This document shows, piece by piece, positions 51,666 through 62,429 of a stretch of DNA of 64,000 nt. Position numbers and translations under genes: made by a program. The notes under the pieces were generated by a model. That model made no database searches. It saw only the letters and a program-made list of their open reading frames with translations, and was not told the DNA's origin. Numbering within the stretch: the stretch's first letter is position 1; the number at the start of each line of letters is the position of its first letter. Source of the stretch: Chloroflexota bacterium (lineage in GTDB: Bacteria; Chloroflexota; UBA11872; VXOZ01); contig OZ219802.1 of assembly GCA_964291655.2 (NCBI GenBank), positions 2,579,964-2,643,963 of the forward strand, given 5' to 3'.

Positions 51666-53354
51666 ATGAGTGACAGTGGCAACGTGGACATTAAACCGTT
51701 TAGTAAAGATATCACCGTGGGACCGAAGAGCGCGCCCGCGCGCTCGATGTTCCACGCCATGGGGTTTAGCAGCGAAGACCTGGCCAAGCCGCTCATTGGC
51801 GTGGCCAGTACGTGGAATGAGGTGACGCCCTGCAACTACCACCTGGACCGGCTGGCGCAAAAGGTGAAAGAGGGCATTCGCGAAGCCGGCGGCACGCCGA
51901 TTGAGTTTGTCGCCATTACGGTGAGCGACGGCATTGCCATGGGCACGGAAGGAATGCGCACCAGCCTGGTGACGCGGGAGATTATTGCGGACTCTATAGA
52001 GGCGGTTGCCATCGGCGAGCGCTTAGACGGCGTGGTCACGATTGCCGGGTGCGATAAGAGCCTGCCGGGTTGCGCCATGGCCATGGCGCGCCTCGATATC
52101 CCCAGCGTTTTCGTTTACGGCGGCAGCATTATGCCGGGGCGCTGGCAGGGCAAGGACGTGACCATTCAGGACGTGTTCGAGGCCGTAGGCGCGCACGCAG
52201 CCGGCAATCTCAGCGATGATGAACTGACCGACCTTGAGTTGCACGCCTGTCCGGGGCCGGGCTCGTGCGGCGGCATGTACACGGCCAACACCATGTCGAG
52301 CGCGCTTGAGGCGATGGGTCTCTCGGTACCCGGCAGCGCCTCGCCGCCGGCCATGGACGAACGCCGCGATCAGGTGTGCGTGGACGCGGGCCATCTGGTG
52401 ATGGACTGCGTGCGCAACAACCGGAGGCCGTCCGACATCATCTCGAAAGAGTCGATGGAGAACTCGGTAGCTGTCGCGCTGGCAGCCGGCGGTTCAACGA
52501 ACGCGGCGCTCCATCTGCCCGCCATTGCGTGGGAAGCGGGCGTGCCATTCGATCTCGACGACATTGACCGCGTGAGCAAGCGCGTGCCCCATATTGCCGA
52601 CATGCGACCCGGCGGTCGGTACGTGATGGCTGACCTCGATAAGGTGGGCGGTGTGCCGCTCATCATGCGGGAGATGTTGCGAGCCGGTCTGCTCCACGGC
52701 GACTGCCTTACGGTGACGGGCCAGACGCTCGCGGAAGACGTGGCAGGCGCACAGGTATCGGAAAACGGCCAGGACATCGTGCGCTCGGCGGACGATCCGA
52801 TATTTGCCGGTGGCACGATGGTCATTCTGCGCGGCAACCTAGCTCCGGATGGCGCGGTGGTAAAGGTAGCGGGCGTTGCAAATAGGGTGCACTCCGGCCC
52901 GGCGCGAGTCTTCGAGATCGAGGACGACGCCTTCCAGGCTGTGGTGAAAGGACGCATCAACCCAGGCGACGTGATCGTCATCCGCAACGAGGGGCCGAAA
53001 GGCGGGCCGGGCATGCGCGAAATGCTGGCCGTGACGGGTGCGGTCTTCGGGCGCGGTCTCGGCGACTCCGTGGGCCTTATCACCGACGGGCGCTTCTCTG
53101 GTGCGACCCACGGCATGATGGTAGGTCACGTGGCGCCGGAAGCGGCCATGGGCGGCCCCATCGGCCTGATCAAGGAGGGCGACCAGATCACCATCGACGG
53201 CGACAACCAGGAACTGACGCTGCACGTGGACGATGCCGAACTCGAGGAACGCCGCAAGCACTGGCAACCGCTGGAACCCCGCTACACAAGAGGCGTGCTG
53301 GCCAAGTACGCTAAACTGGTCACCTCCGCCGCAAGAGGCGCGGTGTGCGAGTAG
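51666..53354 (+). CDS. ilvD: Dihydroxy-acid dehydratase
   Basis: [39 protein letters not shown] and TDGRFSG motifs. Confidence 0.96.
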   Translation: MSDSGNVDIKPFSKDITVGPKSAPARSMFHAMGFSSEDLAKPLIGVASTWNEVTPCNYHLDRLAQKVKEGIREAGGTPIEFVAITVSDGIAMGTEGMRTSLVTREIIADSIEAVAIGERLDGVVTIAGCDKSLPGCAMAMARLDIPSVFVYGGSIMPGRWQGKDVTIQDVFEAVGAHAAGNLSDDELTDLELHACPGPGSCGGMYTANTMSSALEAMGLSVPGSASPPAMDERRDQVCVDAGHLVMDCVRNNRRPSDIISKESMENSVAVALAAGGSTNAALHLPAIAWEAGVPFDLDDIDRVSKRVPHIADMRPGGRYVMADLDKVGGVPLIMREMLRAGLLHGDCLTVTGQTLAEDVAGAQVSENGQDIVRSADDPIFAGGTMVILRGNLAPDGAVVKVAGVANRVHSGPARVFEIEDDAFQAVVKGRINPGDVIVIRNEGPKGGPGMREMLAVTGAVFGRGLGDSVGLITDGRFSGATHGMMVGHVAPEAAMGGPIGLIKEGDQITIDGDNQELTLHVDDAELEERRKHWQPLEPRYTRGVLAKYAKLVTSAARGAVCE

Positions 53355-53439
53355 GAGGATTCGGTCAAGTGCCTCTCCCCACATTGCCGTGAAAGGAGAT
53401 AGCACTTTGCGTTATTTACGTGGGCACGGGGTTCCGGCA

Positions 53440-53870
53440 ACGCCTAGTAAGGCGGAAGATACTGCACTCAGTACCGAAATAAGGGAATTTGGAAACCGCT
53501 TGGAGCGGCGGCTGGGCTATCTGTTTCTCCAACTTGCCGCGCTCCAAGTCTTGCAGGGCGTGGTGATCGTGGCTTTGGTAAAGCTCTTGCCGTAGCGCGG
53601 GGGCTTGTCCCCCGCCTTCCCGTTTCGGGGCATAGGGACATGTATGACGCGAAAAGCAATCATCCGCTCAGGAAAGGCAATTGGTTGGAATAAGAGGTGA
53701 ATACCTGCGACCCCGTCAATCACGCAGAACTGCGCACGGAATTACAGGCGCTAGAGTTACGCTTGCGCGCCGAACTCGAACAGCGTCTCAACCGCCAGAC
53801 CATGCAGTTGGCAATGCTCTTCGTTGCGGCGCTCGGGGTCGCGGTGGCGATCCTGAAGTGGATTCCGTTA
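53440..53870 (+). pseudogene. Two remnants of small coiled-coil + C-terminal TM (DUF1640/CCDC90-like) genes
   Basis: ..EIREFGNRLERRL..VVIVALVKLLP* and ..ELRTELQALELRL..GVAVAILKWIP. No clean starts. Confidence 0.4.
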
Positions 53871-54607
53871 GCGCGCCTTACCCGCTTAGCTCAGTTTTCC
53901 CTATCTGATCGGCGCAGGCTGCAAATCTGCGCTACCTATCATTTGTATACTGCTCACGCGAACGTCGTCGTGAGGATGGTCATACTACAGGCTGCGGGGG
54001 CCTTGAAGGTGTTCTCCCAGACTGCGCAGTTTCTCAAGGCATTTGAAGCAGAGGCTTGTAATCGAAACATCACCCCCCCCCCCAGTTCTTTTTCGATCAG
54101 GTGACTGGAAAAAACTGCGCATGCCGCATAGTTGACAACGTGTTCGTGATACTGTTTGGCCGAGGGCGTGGCTGGCTGCAACGCCAAAAGACCACGGCCT
54201 TCTCTAGCCATCACGCCAACGCACTCTCTTGCGCCACCCCTCTCGAAATTGCCGCCCCTTCCGCTAGCATTGAAGCTGCTTGCATCACCGAAACTTTGCC
54301 AACCGTGCTTATCAAGATGCCCATAGAGAAAGCGTTCTCATCCCAGGATAAGACCCTTGCGCTGGGACATTGCATTGTAGTAGCTGTCATCAGAAAGCTG
54401 TACGCTGGGCATAGCGAAACCTCGCTTCGCTAAAAGGCTGCGAGCGCCAACTGGTAGCCCGCTTCATTCATAGATCACTGATCTATTCTACCAAGCCAGA
54501 CAGGAAAGTATGCTGACACGTGGACAAATGCAATTTGTCACATGGAAAGCCTCGTATCACCCCTGTTGGATGACTTCACGTGGTTGTCATTTTGCCATGG
54601 AGTGCGC

Positions 54608-56497
54608 TTAGTTCTTGTACAAGGGCCAGGGGCTGGGAATCGCAGTGATCGTCGCTAAATCCTTGCCAACCAAGTAATCCCTTAGCTCAACTTTCACATG
54701 CTGGCAGTGGATCGAGCAGCCGGCAGTGGCGTCCACCCCCAATATGCCGCCCACTCGCAACGCGTCTTCGACTCTCGCCACGAAAGTGATTCTGTCGTCG
54801 AGCGAGCCGATAAAGTCAGCCTTCAAGAAAGCTGTCATAACGGATCCCAGGTGGGTGTTGGCTTCAAGGTTTTTTCTTACCGCGTTGATGGATAGTCCCC
54901 GAAATTCCTGATTGAAAAGGAAAGCCCTGTAGAAGTCCTGCCAAAGCTCAGGTGTGGCATCCCCGACTCCGCGTCCGCCAGCATCTAGCCATGCCAGAAA
55001 CAAGGAATGTGGAAGATACCCATACTTTCCACTCAGATGGTTATACATAAGGCCGAACCCAGACCTGCCACGGGTGTAACCCTCCTTTTCCAGGAGATTG
55101 CCAAGGTCAATCTCCAAGTAGTCCCAAGGTAGCCTCAGCGGGGTAACCGGTGTAGGGGTTGGGGCCGGCGTCGGCTCGCCGAAATTCGTGCAGTATTCCC
55201 GGTAGTGGCCGCTGCTGCGGACCCAGCTTTCCAAACGCCCCTCACGGTAACTTGCTAAAGTGTTATTCGCTCCTATTTCCAGTTGCGTCGGACTTTGCTT
55301 GCCGCCTGCGCCAAGCTTCTCCAACCACCATTGAGCCTGAGCCACATGCTGGCCTGTTAATCTTAACATGCATGCTTCCCAGGACTGCGGCACCCCAGAA
55401 TCCGCGTAGAGCGCCAGCCCTACCGTCGGCCAAATGAGCGTGTACGCTAGTACTTCAGGGCTTTCGTGACGGTACTGTTCGTGAATAGTAATACGTCGAG
55501 GATTGGATTCCCACTGCGACCGGGAATCTCCCAGCGGCCCAAATTGCGCGCTTGCATTCGATCGTACGAACATCTCAGCGACTTCGTTACCGGTGGGCGT
55601 AGATCGCATCACGTCGAACGCATGGGCTAGAGTCGGGTCGCTAGCTGGACCCTCCTCACGTTCGAGCATGGCCGTAAGTTGACCCCGTGGAACTTCAGAT
55701 AGCAACTCCAATGCGTTTCCGTTCAAGCGAAACGTGGCTACGGTGTCTATCGTGGGGCAGCACAATCCATCATTGGGGCCGTGCGCTACCATCTTCACCG
55801 TAATGACGTCTGCTGCGATTGCCAGTGAATTGAGCCGAATACGGTCTCCCAATTCAGTAGACGCGACATGCACAGGCACACCGTTCTCGTTGAGGACTGC
55901 GAGTAGGCCGTAGAACGTGCCACTGCCGCCGCCGTTATAGCTCAGCACTACCGCGGCATCTGCCACGCCATCACCATTGAGGTCGCCAAAGGCAATGGGA
56001 TCGTGCAATTGCCAGGACTCTTGCCCGATCTCAAGTTTTCTGGCAAGGAAGCCATCCGATAACCGCACTCCTTCTCCATAGATCTGGTATTCGGCATTGC
56101 GCAGCGCGTCGCGAGTGAGCGCACTCGCTGTTGCCTGCCCAGTAATCTCGGCATAGTCAGCCTCCCACTCGAATCTCTCGGTGTTGAGGCGTTGCACAAG
56201 GCCGTTGGGGCCGTTGATCCAGGTGCGGTAGCCGTCGGTGAAGGCGGTCCAGTTGTCGGCTTTGCGCCAAGCTAGCAGGCCGCCGGTGGTGGTGTGCTGG
56301 TTGCTATCGCCTATGTCGTTGTAGTGCTCGTTATCCAGGCACTCGCCGACGATCTCATGGCCGATGAGGTCTCGGAGCACCTTGAAGCCAAGCACGAACC
56401 TGCAATCCGCTTGAGCTTGGGCAGTGGCGGCGTTCAAGAGCCCCAGGAAGAGGGTGAAGACGATACTTGCTAGTAGTCTCTTTATCCGGCTATTCAA
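54608..56497 (-). CDS. Secreted modular protein with the same N-terminal module as the NHL proteins
   Basis: Signal peptide, CRFVLGFKVLRDLIGHEIVGECL..WRKADNWTAFTDGYRTWINGPNGL, then a GDLNGDG..GGGSG..CCP domain, a PT linker and unknown domains. Confidence 0.75.
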   Translation of the reverse strand: MNSRIKRLLASIVFTLFLGLLNAATAQAQADCRFVLGFKVLRDLIGHEIVGECLDNEHYNDIGDSNQHTTTGGLLAWRKADNWTAFTDGYRTWINGPNGLVQRLNTERFEWEADYAEITGQATASALTRDALRNAEYQIYGEGVRLSDGFLARKLEIGQESWQLHDPIAFGDLNGDGVADAAVVLSYNGGGSGTFYGLLAVLNENGVPVHVASTELGDRIRLNSLAIAADVITVKMVAHGPNDGLCCPTIDTVATFRLNGNALELLSEVPRGQLTAMLEREEGPASDPTLAHAFDVMRSTPTGNEVAEMFVRSNASAQFGPLGDSRSQWESNPRRITIHEQYRHESPEVLAYTLIWPTVGLALYADSGVPQSWEACMLRLTGQHVAQAQWWLEKLGAGGKQSPTQLEIGANNTLASYREGRLESWVRSSGHYREYCTNFGEPTPAPTPTPVTPLRLPWDYLEIDLGNLLEKEGYTRGRSGFGLMYNHLSGKYGYLPHSLFLAWLDAGGRGVGDATPELWQDFYRAFLFNQEFRGLSINAVRKNLEANTHLGSVMTAFLKADFIGSLDDRITFVARVEDALRVGGILGVDATAGCSIHCQHVKVELRDYLVGKDLATITAIPSPWPLYKN

Positions 56498-57542
56498 CGG
56501 TCACCATTTCGCCAGTTTCGGCGGAGTGGTAGGCGGCGAAGACCGTATGCATCACCTTTTCCGCCTCGTCGGCACCGAGGAAGGGTTGGCCGCCGGTTTG
56601 GACGGCCCAGACGAAGTTGTCGATGACGGCGTTGAAGTGCGCCTGTGAGCCCTCGGGCATACGGTAGCGGCGCTCGACGTAGCCGGGCGTTGCGCCGTAG
56701 AGCACGGCGTCTTGTTCTAATTCTTCAGCGACCAGGGTACCGTGCGTGCCGGTTACGTCCAGCCAGATATCGCTGTGGTGCAGATTCCCCGGCACGTGCG
56801 CCCGCCCCACGCAGACTGAGGCGAGAATCCCATTCTCCATTTCCAGGTTGAGCAGCGCCATGTCCTCGATATCGAGCTCGCGATGGGGGCGGTTGTAGTA
56901 CGCGCCCTTGACGCAGTGGACTGCGGTGGGGGCAAGTCCGGTGACGTTCAGGATGGCCGAGAGGGGATAGAGACCGAAATTCAGGAGTTCGCCGCCGCCG
57001 TTGACCACCGGATCGAAGAAGGCCCGCTCCTCTTCGTCCCATTTCTCGCCGTTGCCGTACGTGGCGAGAAAGTGGGCGTTGATGTTTACGATGGTTCCAA
57101 TGTCACCGGCCGCCACGGCGTCGCGCGCCCGTTGCAGCGAGGGGTGGCCGATGCGGGCGATCCACGCAAACGTGCGCGTGGTTGTGCGCGCCGCCGCGAT
57201 GAGCGCGTCGCACTGGTCCAGCGTAATGCCGATGGGCTTATCCACCAGCACGTGTTTCTCGGCCGCGAGCGCGCGGAGCGCAAGCGGTGTATGCCGGGCG
57301 TATTCCGGCGCGACGCACACGGCGTCCACGTCGTCACGAGCGAGGAAGGCGTCGAGGTCGGTCGTGTATGCCAAGCCGTGTTCTTCCGCGATGGCGCGGT
57401 TCAGGTCGTGGTATTCTGCCGGTAGATCGGCATCGTCCGCCATGCCTACCAGCGTGACGCCCGGATGCTGCGCGAAGACCCTGGCGTAGTCGTCCTGATG
57501 GCGTACCCCGCTTACCAGACCGACGCGTAGTTTCTCAGCCAT
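56490..57542 (-). CDS. Gfo/Idh/MocA family oxidoreductase
   Basis: LRVGLV, KHVLVDKP and GGGELLNFGLY motifs. SD GGGAGG. Confidence 0.87.
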   Translation of the reverse strand: MAEKLRVGLVSGVRHQDDYARVFAQHPGVTLVGMADDADLPAEYHDLNRAIAEEHGLAYTTDLDAFLARDDVDAVCVAPEYARHTPLALRALAAEKHVLVDKPIGITLDQCDALIAAARTTTRTFAWIARIGHPSLQRARDAVAAGDIGTIVNINAHFLATYGNGEKWDEEERAFFDPVVNGGGELLNFGLYPLSAILNVTGLAPTAVHCVKGAYYNRPHRELDIEDMALLNLEMENGILASVCVGRAHVPGNLHHSDIWLDVTGTHGTLVAEELEQDAVLYGATPGYVERRYRMPEGSQAHFNAVIDNFVWAVQTGGQPFLGADEAEKVMHTVFAAYHSAETGEMVTVE

Positions 57543-58359
57543 GTGCCACCTCCCGCAACGCCACACGACGTCGTTCTTGGAGCGAGAGGTCAATGGCTTG
57601 GGCGAGGCACGCGGCAATGAGAGCCTGCTCTGCGCACATGAGCGGTTCGTCACGCCCGCTGCGCACGCTCAGCCAGTGGTCCAGGAGATGGGCGGCGAGC
57701 GTGTGGTCGGCCGCCTCGTCGCGCTGGTGCAGCATGCCCTTCGTGCCGTACACCATCCAATCGTCGTGCACCGGACCGTCCGGAATTTGCACCCAGGTCG
57801 CCATCACTTCGGCAGACGGGAAGTGCAGATTGACGATGATAGTGACGGTGCCTTCGTACTCAGCGCGATTGGCAAACACCCAGTCCGGCGTTTCGTCTAC
57901 TAAACAGGCTGCAGTAACGAGGGCAATCGTTAACGGCGCGAAGTGCGGTGCCGTGGGAGCGGGCTGCGTAAGTCTTCTGACGGCAACGTAGCGCGTCGGG
58001 CCCGTCTTCTCCGGGTCGAGGGCCAGTTTCATCGCGCGCACGGCAGGCAGGGTTAGGCTCGCAGCGCCAAGGAATGGTGAGGACGAAGAGCTCTGAAGTA
58101 GCTGTAGTTCGTCCGGCGTCAGCGGTCCAGGGAGACATAAAGGCCGGTCCGTTGCCAGCACGTGCTCAGCAAGGGTGAGACGATCAGGCAGATTCCAGTA
58201 CAGCAAGACGCTGTCGAGCGTCGGATCTGCGAGTGCATCTACCAGCTCACATGCTTGTATCGTGCGGGGTACACGCTGGTAGCGGTCGCGCCAGCGTGTG
58301 CTGGGGCGGAGTTCCTTTGGGAATGGGCCTACCAGCGCGACCCAGGGAAGATCCTGCAC
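57535..58359 (-). CDS. Degenerate Gfo/Idh/MocA-like protein
   Basis: DALADPTLDSV, MVYGTKGML and AIDLSLQERRRV resemble the family but the EKP motif is absent. Overlaps the downstream gene. Confidence 0.55.
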   Translation of the reverse strand: MQDLPWVALVGPFPKELRPSTRWRDRYQRVPRTIQACELVDALADPTLDSVLLYWNLPDRLTLAEHVLATDRPLCLPGPLTPDELQLLQSSSSSPFLGAASLTLPAVRAMKLALDPEKTGPTRYVAVRRLTQPAPTAPHFAPLTIALVTAACLVDETPDWVFANRAEYEGTVTIIVNLHFPSAEVMATWVQIPDGPVHDDWMVYGTKGMLHQRDEAADHTLAAHLLDHWLSVRSGRDEPLMCAEQALIAACLAQAIDLSLQERRRVALREVAHG

Positions 58360-58766
58360 GGCAATTCACCTTTCGCTGTCGGTGCCCGTGGTCTGTACTA
58401 GCCTAACACAAGACGGTGAACTGAGTTTGACGCTGTGTTCAGCAAGTGGTGGCGAATGATCAAGAGTCTCGCCAATGCTCCATAGTTTCTGTACTCCAAT
58501 CACAATCCGGGACGACGTGCTTGCTGGCTCTGCACCCTTATGTTGCAAGGATAATCTGGCGGTTCCATGGTTTGTCCGGGAGGCATACCGTGCACCCGGC
58601 GGGTAATTGGCTGTTCATTCTCGCGGCATTCGCCAAAGGGATTCTGAAGTGCTTACGAGATTGTCCCCGCGAAAGCTGAATGGCATAATGAAACGGGTTG
58701 GCATATCTCATCTCACGCTTTGCCTATGACCGGCCCGGTTGAAAACGAACGTAATAGAGGCGGTCT

Positions 58767-59867
58767 ATGCAAAGGCGAATCCGCTATTCTCCGCGGCGGG
58801 TGCGATGGCGGCGCGTTTCCCTCGGTCTGGGGCTGACTTTACTTCTCCTGTTCGCACTTCTTGGGGGCACCGCGTGGTTGTTTAGTCGGGACGGTGGCTC
58901 GACGGCAGGCACATCGGAATCAGCCGGAACTAAAGCCGGGGAGAGCTCTGCTCTTAAGGATGAGATCCTTGAGGATACGCCTACGGCTGGGGAGCCCCCG
59001 CTGACGGACTGGTCTGAGACAGAACCCTTTAGTGTCGTCGTTATCGGGGTAGATACGCGGGCAAATGACGTGGGCCGGGCGGACACGATCATAGTGGTGA
59101 CGGTTGACCCCGTCAAGAAAGCCGCGATGCTTGTCTCTATCCCCCGCGACGTGATGGCGCTGGTGCCGGGGTATGAAAGTCGACGCATCAACGAGCTCTT
59201 CAGTATCGGCGGCGCAGAGCTTGTCATGGCATCGGCGGAGACTCTCCTGGGCGTCCCAATAGACTTTTACATTACTATCGACTTTGAGGGCTTTCGCCGC
59301 ATCATAGATCAGCTAGGCGGGATCGAAATAGACGTCAAGTACGACATTAATGACTATCGCTTTCCGAATGCCGACGATACCGGTTTCGATCCTTTCGTCA
59401 TCAAGAGTGGGGTGCACTACATGGGTGGCGAGACGTTGCTCCGATACGTGCGTACGCGCTTTGACGATCGACGGGGAGACTTCGGCCGTATCGATCGGCA
59501 ACAGCAGGTCTTAGTGGCGCTCAAGACGCAGTTGCTCACCTTTCAAAACCTCGTGAAAGTGCCCTTTCTTCTCGATGACTTTGCTGGCATAATCGACACG
59601 AATTTTCCTGTATTCACATCGCCTCAACGCGTTTTGGACTTGGCGAGGCTTGGCGCCGAGATCCCGCGCGAACGCGTGTATAGCCGGGTCATCGATTATG
59701 AGGGAAACCTGGTACAGGACGTTACCCTCCCTTCGGGCGCAGAGGTGCTCAGGCCGAACCTCCCTGCCGTGCGCGGTATGATGGAGCATAGCATCGCCGC
59801 CATGGGTCAGCTCCAGCCGCTTGAAGGCCAGGAAGCCACTGTGCAGCAGGCTGACGTGGAACCCTAG
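58767..59867 (+). CDS. LCP (LytR-CpsA-Psr) family protein
   Basis: N-terminal TM; IGVD, RADTI, SIPRD, YVRTR and DFGRIDRQQQV motifs. Confidence 0.93.
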   Translation: MQRRIRYSPRRVRWRRVSLGLGLTLLLLFALLGGTAWLFSRDGGSTAGTSESAGTKAGESSALKDEILEDTPTAGEPPLTDWSETEPFSVVVIGVDTRANDVGRADTIIVVTVDPVKKAAMLVSIPRDVMALVPGYESRRINELFSIGGAELVMASAETLLGVPIDFYITIDFEGFRRIIDQLGGIEIDVKYDINDYRFPNADDTGFDPFVIKSGVHYMGGETLLRYVRTRFDDRRGDFGRIDRQQQVLVALKTQLLTFQNLVKVPFLLDDFAGIIDTNFPVFTSPQRVLDLARLGAEIPRERVYSRVIDYEGNLVQDVTLPSGAEVLRPNLPAVRGMMEHSIAAMGQLQPLEGQEATVQQADVEP

Positions 59868-59938
59868 ACGGTCTCTATGCAAAGCTTTCCCGGTGCGTAA
59901 ATGCCGTGTTTCACAGACCAGCCATGTAAGGAATAAAG

Positions 59939-60877
59939 ATGTCAGATTCGTCCCCATTGCCGCCCATGATCTACGACGACGTGCTTCAACTAATTGGGCG
60001 CACGCCGCTGGTGCGTCTCAACCGTCTGCCGGGGCCTGAATCGGCAACAGTGCTCGTTAAGATCGAATCGAGAAACCCAGGCGGCAGTGTGAAGGACCGC
60101 ATCGGGCTGGCCATGGTCGAGGCGGCTGAGCGGGAGGGCAAGCTCAAACCGGGTGACACGGTGGTGGAGCCGACCAGCGGCAACACGGGCATCGGCCTCG
60201 CGATCGTTTGCGCCGTGCGCGGCTACCGGCTCTTGCTCACAATGCCGGAAGACATGAGCGTGGAGCGGCGCAAGCTCCTCGCGTTGCTGGGCGCTGAACT
60301 CGTCCTCACGCCCGCCATCGAGGGCATGTCCGGAGCGGTGTACGCCGCTCAGGAACTCGTGCGAGAACACGGCTACTACATGCCGCAGCAGTTCATGAAT
60401 CCGGCTAATCCCGCCGTTCACTGCGAGACCACGGCACGCGAGATCCTTCACGACACCGGAGGTAAGCTGGACGCCGTGGTGGCCATGGTGGGCACCGGCG
60501 GAACCATCACCGGCATCGGCCAAGTGATGCGTGACGATGCGCCGCACGTGCGTGTGATTGCCGTTGAGCCCGCGAAATCAGCCGTGCTTTCCGGTGGTCG
60601 ACCGGGAATTACGCGCATTCAAGGGACGGGGGCCGGTTTTATACCGGGCATTCTGGACCGCGGCGTGCTTGCCGAGGTGCTGACAGTGGAAGATGAGGCG
60701 GCAATTGCCATGGCTGAGCGGCTTGCCAAAGAGGAAGGCATCCTGGCCGGCATTTCCGCCGGTGGCGCCGTGGTCGCCGCCCTTGCCGTCGGCCAAGAGT
60801 TGGGGCCGGACAAGACCGTGGTGACGATCATCCCGGATGCCGGCGAGCGCTACCTTTCAATTTGGGACTTAGACTAG
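59939..60877 (+). CDS. cysK: Cysteine synthase A
   Basis: IGRTPLV, NPGGSVKDRI (PLP Lys), EPTSGNTG, GTGGT and DAGERYLS motifs. Confidence 0.93.
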   Translation: MSDSSPLPPMIYDDVLQLIGRTPLVRLNRLPGPESATVLVKIESRNPGGSVKDRIGLAMVEAAEREGKLKPGDTVVEPTSGNTGIGLAIVCAVRGYRLLLTMPEDMSVERRKLLALLGAELVLTPAIEGMSGAVYAAQELVREHGYYMPQQFMNPANPAVHCETTAREILHDTGGKLDAVVAMVGTGGTITGIGQVMRDDAPHVRVIAVEPAKSAVLSGGRPGITRIQGTGAGFIPGILDRGVLAEVLTVEDEAAIAMAERLAKEEGILAGISAGGAVVAALAVGQELGPDKTVVTIIPDAGERYLSIWDLD

Positions 60878-61081
60878 CGCACCGTATGACGCAGGCTAGG
60901 CCGCACTTGCCGCGAGTCGCTATTCCCGCGTAAGCCGGAATCCATCTTCTCTCCTCAAGCGGCGATATATGCCGTCCAGGGGTTGACCACAGCCGGTAAG
61001 CCTCGCATCTGCGCCGCACCCTTCAGTCCCATGACTTGGCTGCGCCGACGCGGCTTGTTGGATCATTAATCCGCATTTAGC

Positions 61082-62116
61082 CTATTCCGTTGGGTGCAGC
61101 AGCATCTTGCCGAATTGCGCGCGGGCAGCCATGCGTTCGTGCGCTTCCTGCGCTTGCTCCAGTGGAAAGACAGTATCGAGCACAGGACTTAAAATCCCCC
61201 GGTCGGCGAGCGAGAGCACCTGCTGCAGGTCAAGGCGGTTGCCGCCCATGCTGCCGAGCAAACTAAGCTGGCGCGTGTAGAGATGGCCGATGTCCACCGT
61301 GCCGCCGCGTCCCGTCGTCGCGCCGCACGTGACAAGCCGCCCGTTGCGCGCCAGCGAGCGGATGCTCTGCTCCCAGGTTGCTTCGCCCACGTGCTCAAAG
61401 ACCACATCCACGCCCCGGCCGTTCGTGATGCGCTTCACTTCATCTGCGACGTCCTGGTCGCTATAGTTGATCGTCGCCTCCGCGCCCAAAGCCTGTGCGC
61501 GGTCGAGCTTTTCCTTGCTGCCGGCGGTGGCAATGATGCGAGCGCCGAGGAAGCGCGCAATTTGCACGGCGTACACGCCAACGCCGCTCCCGGCCGCTTG
61601 CACGAGCACCCACTCGCCCGGCTGGACCCGTGTGCGCCGGTAGAGCATATGCCAGGAGGTGATGGCGGCCAGGGTGAGGGCTGCCGCGGCATCGTAGGAA
61701 AGAGATTCTGGAATCGGAACGGCTATCGATGCCGGCACCGTGACGTACTCCGCGTAGCCGCCTTGGTTAGGGGCCGTGCCGACAATGTTGCCGTTGGCGC
61801 AGATGCTCTCTTCGCCCTGCAAGCAGAACTCGCACACGCCGCAGAAGGCCCACGGTGAAACAGCAACCCGTTGGCCAACGGCGACGCTGCGCACGGCGTC
61901 ACCTATTTGCACGATCTCGCCGGAAATTTCGGAGCCGGGCGTGTGCGGCGGCTCGATGCCCGGCCGCGCGCCGATGCGAAGCCAGATATCGAGATGGTTC
62001 ACGCCTGAAGCGTGAATCTTTACCATAACCTCATCGGCACCGGGCTCTTGCACCGGCACGGCATCGAGTTGCAGTGTTTCAGGCCCTCCGAACGAGTGAA
62101 AGCGTACAGCGCGCAT
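61082..62116 (-). CDS. Zinc-binding dehydrogenase / quinone oxidoreductase (MDR family)
   Basis: CGVCEFC..C structural Zn site, GGYAEY, AAGSGVG and FGKMLL motifs. Confidence 0.9.
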   Translation of the reverse strand: MRAVRFHSFGGPETLQLDAVPVQEPGADEVMVKIHASGVNHLDIWLRIGARPGIEPPHTPGSEISGEIVQIGDAVRSVAVGQRVAVSPWAFCGVCEFCLQGEESICANGNIVGTAPNQGGYAEYVTVPASIAVPIPESLSYDAAAALTLAAITSWHMLYRRTRVQPGEWVLVQAAGSGVGVYAVQIARFLGARIIATAGSKEKLDRAQALGAEATINYSDQDVADEVKRITNGRGVDVVFEHVGEATWEQSIRSLARNGRLVTCGATTGRGGTVDIGHLYTRQLSLLGSMGGNRLDLQQVLSLADRGILSPVLDTVFPLEQAQEAHERMAARAQFGKMLLHPTE

Positions 62117-62379
62117 GAATTAATCTCCTCAAGCGACGATAGATATGTCGTTCTCTGCTTTTCGGCAGGCGATAGTCTTCTCTCGGGTCCAGCAATAATG
62201 GTACCGCGTGCACATCCGGTGCGCATCTCGGCGGAACTTTGGGACTACTACGTGGAAATCCTTGTGCGGTACTCACAGTTTGACGCTACACTGGAAGAGC
62301 GGGAGACATGCCCCAATGTTGTCACATTACATTGGGCAGGGCCGCTCTCATGCCTGCCTCTTCGTTCACTCTCCCTCAG

Positions 62380-62429
62380 GAGACCTTTGCATAACCACAC
62401 TTTCAAGCAAAGTCACTCCCTCTCCCTGG
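62380..62429. mobile_element. End of a third MITE copy (inverted), interrupted by the IS
   Basis: GAGACCTTTGCATAACCACACTTTCAA..CACTCCCTCTCC matches the reverse complement of about 43590-43636. Confidence 0.7.

Noticed and set aside
54073-54083. C11 tract as a second phase-variation site
   Set aside because: It is not inside a credible gene or promoter; the surrounding ORFs (53954..54214, 54101..54433) are unsupported.
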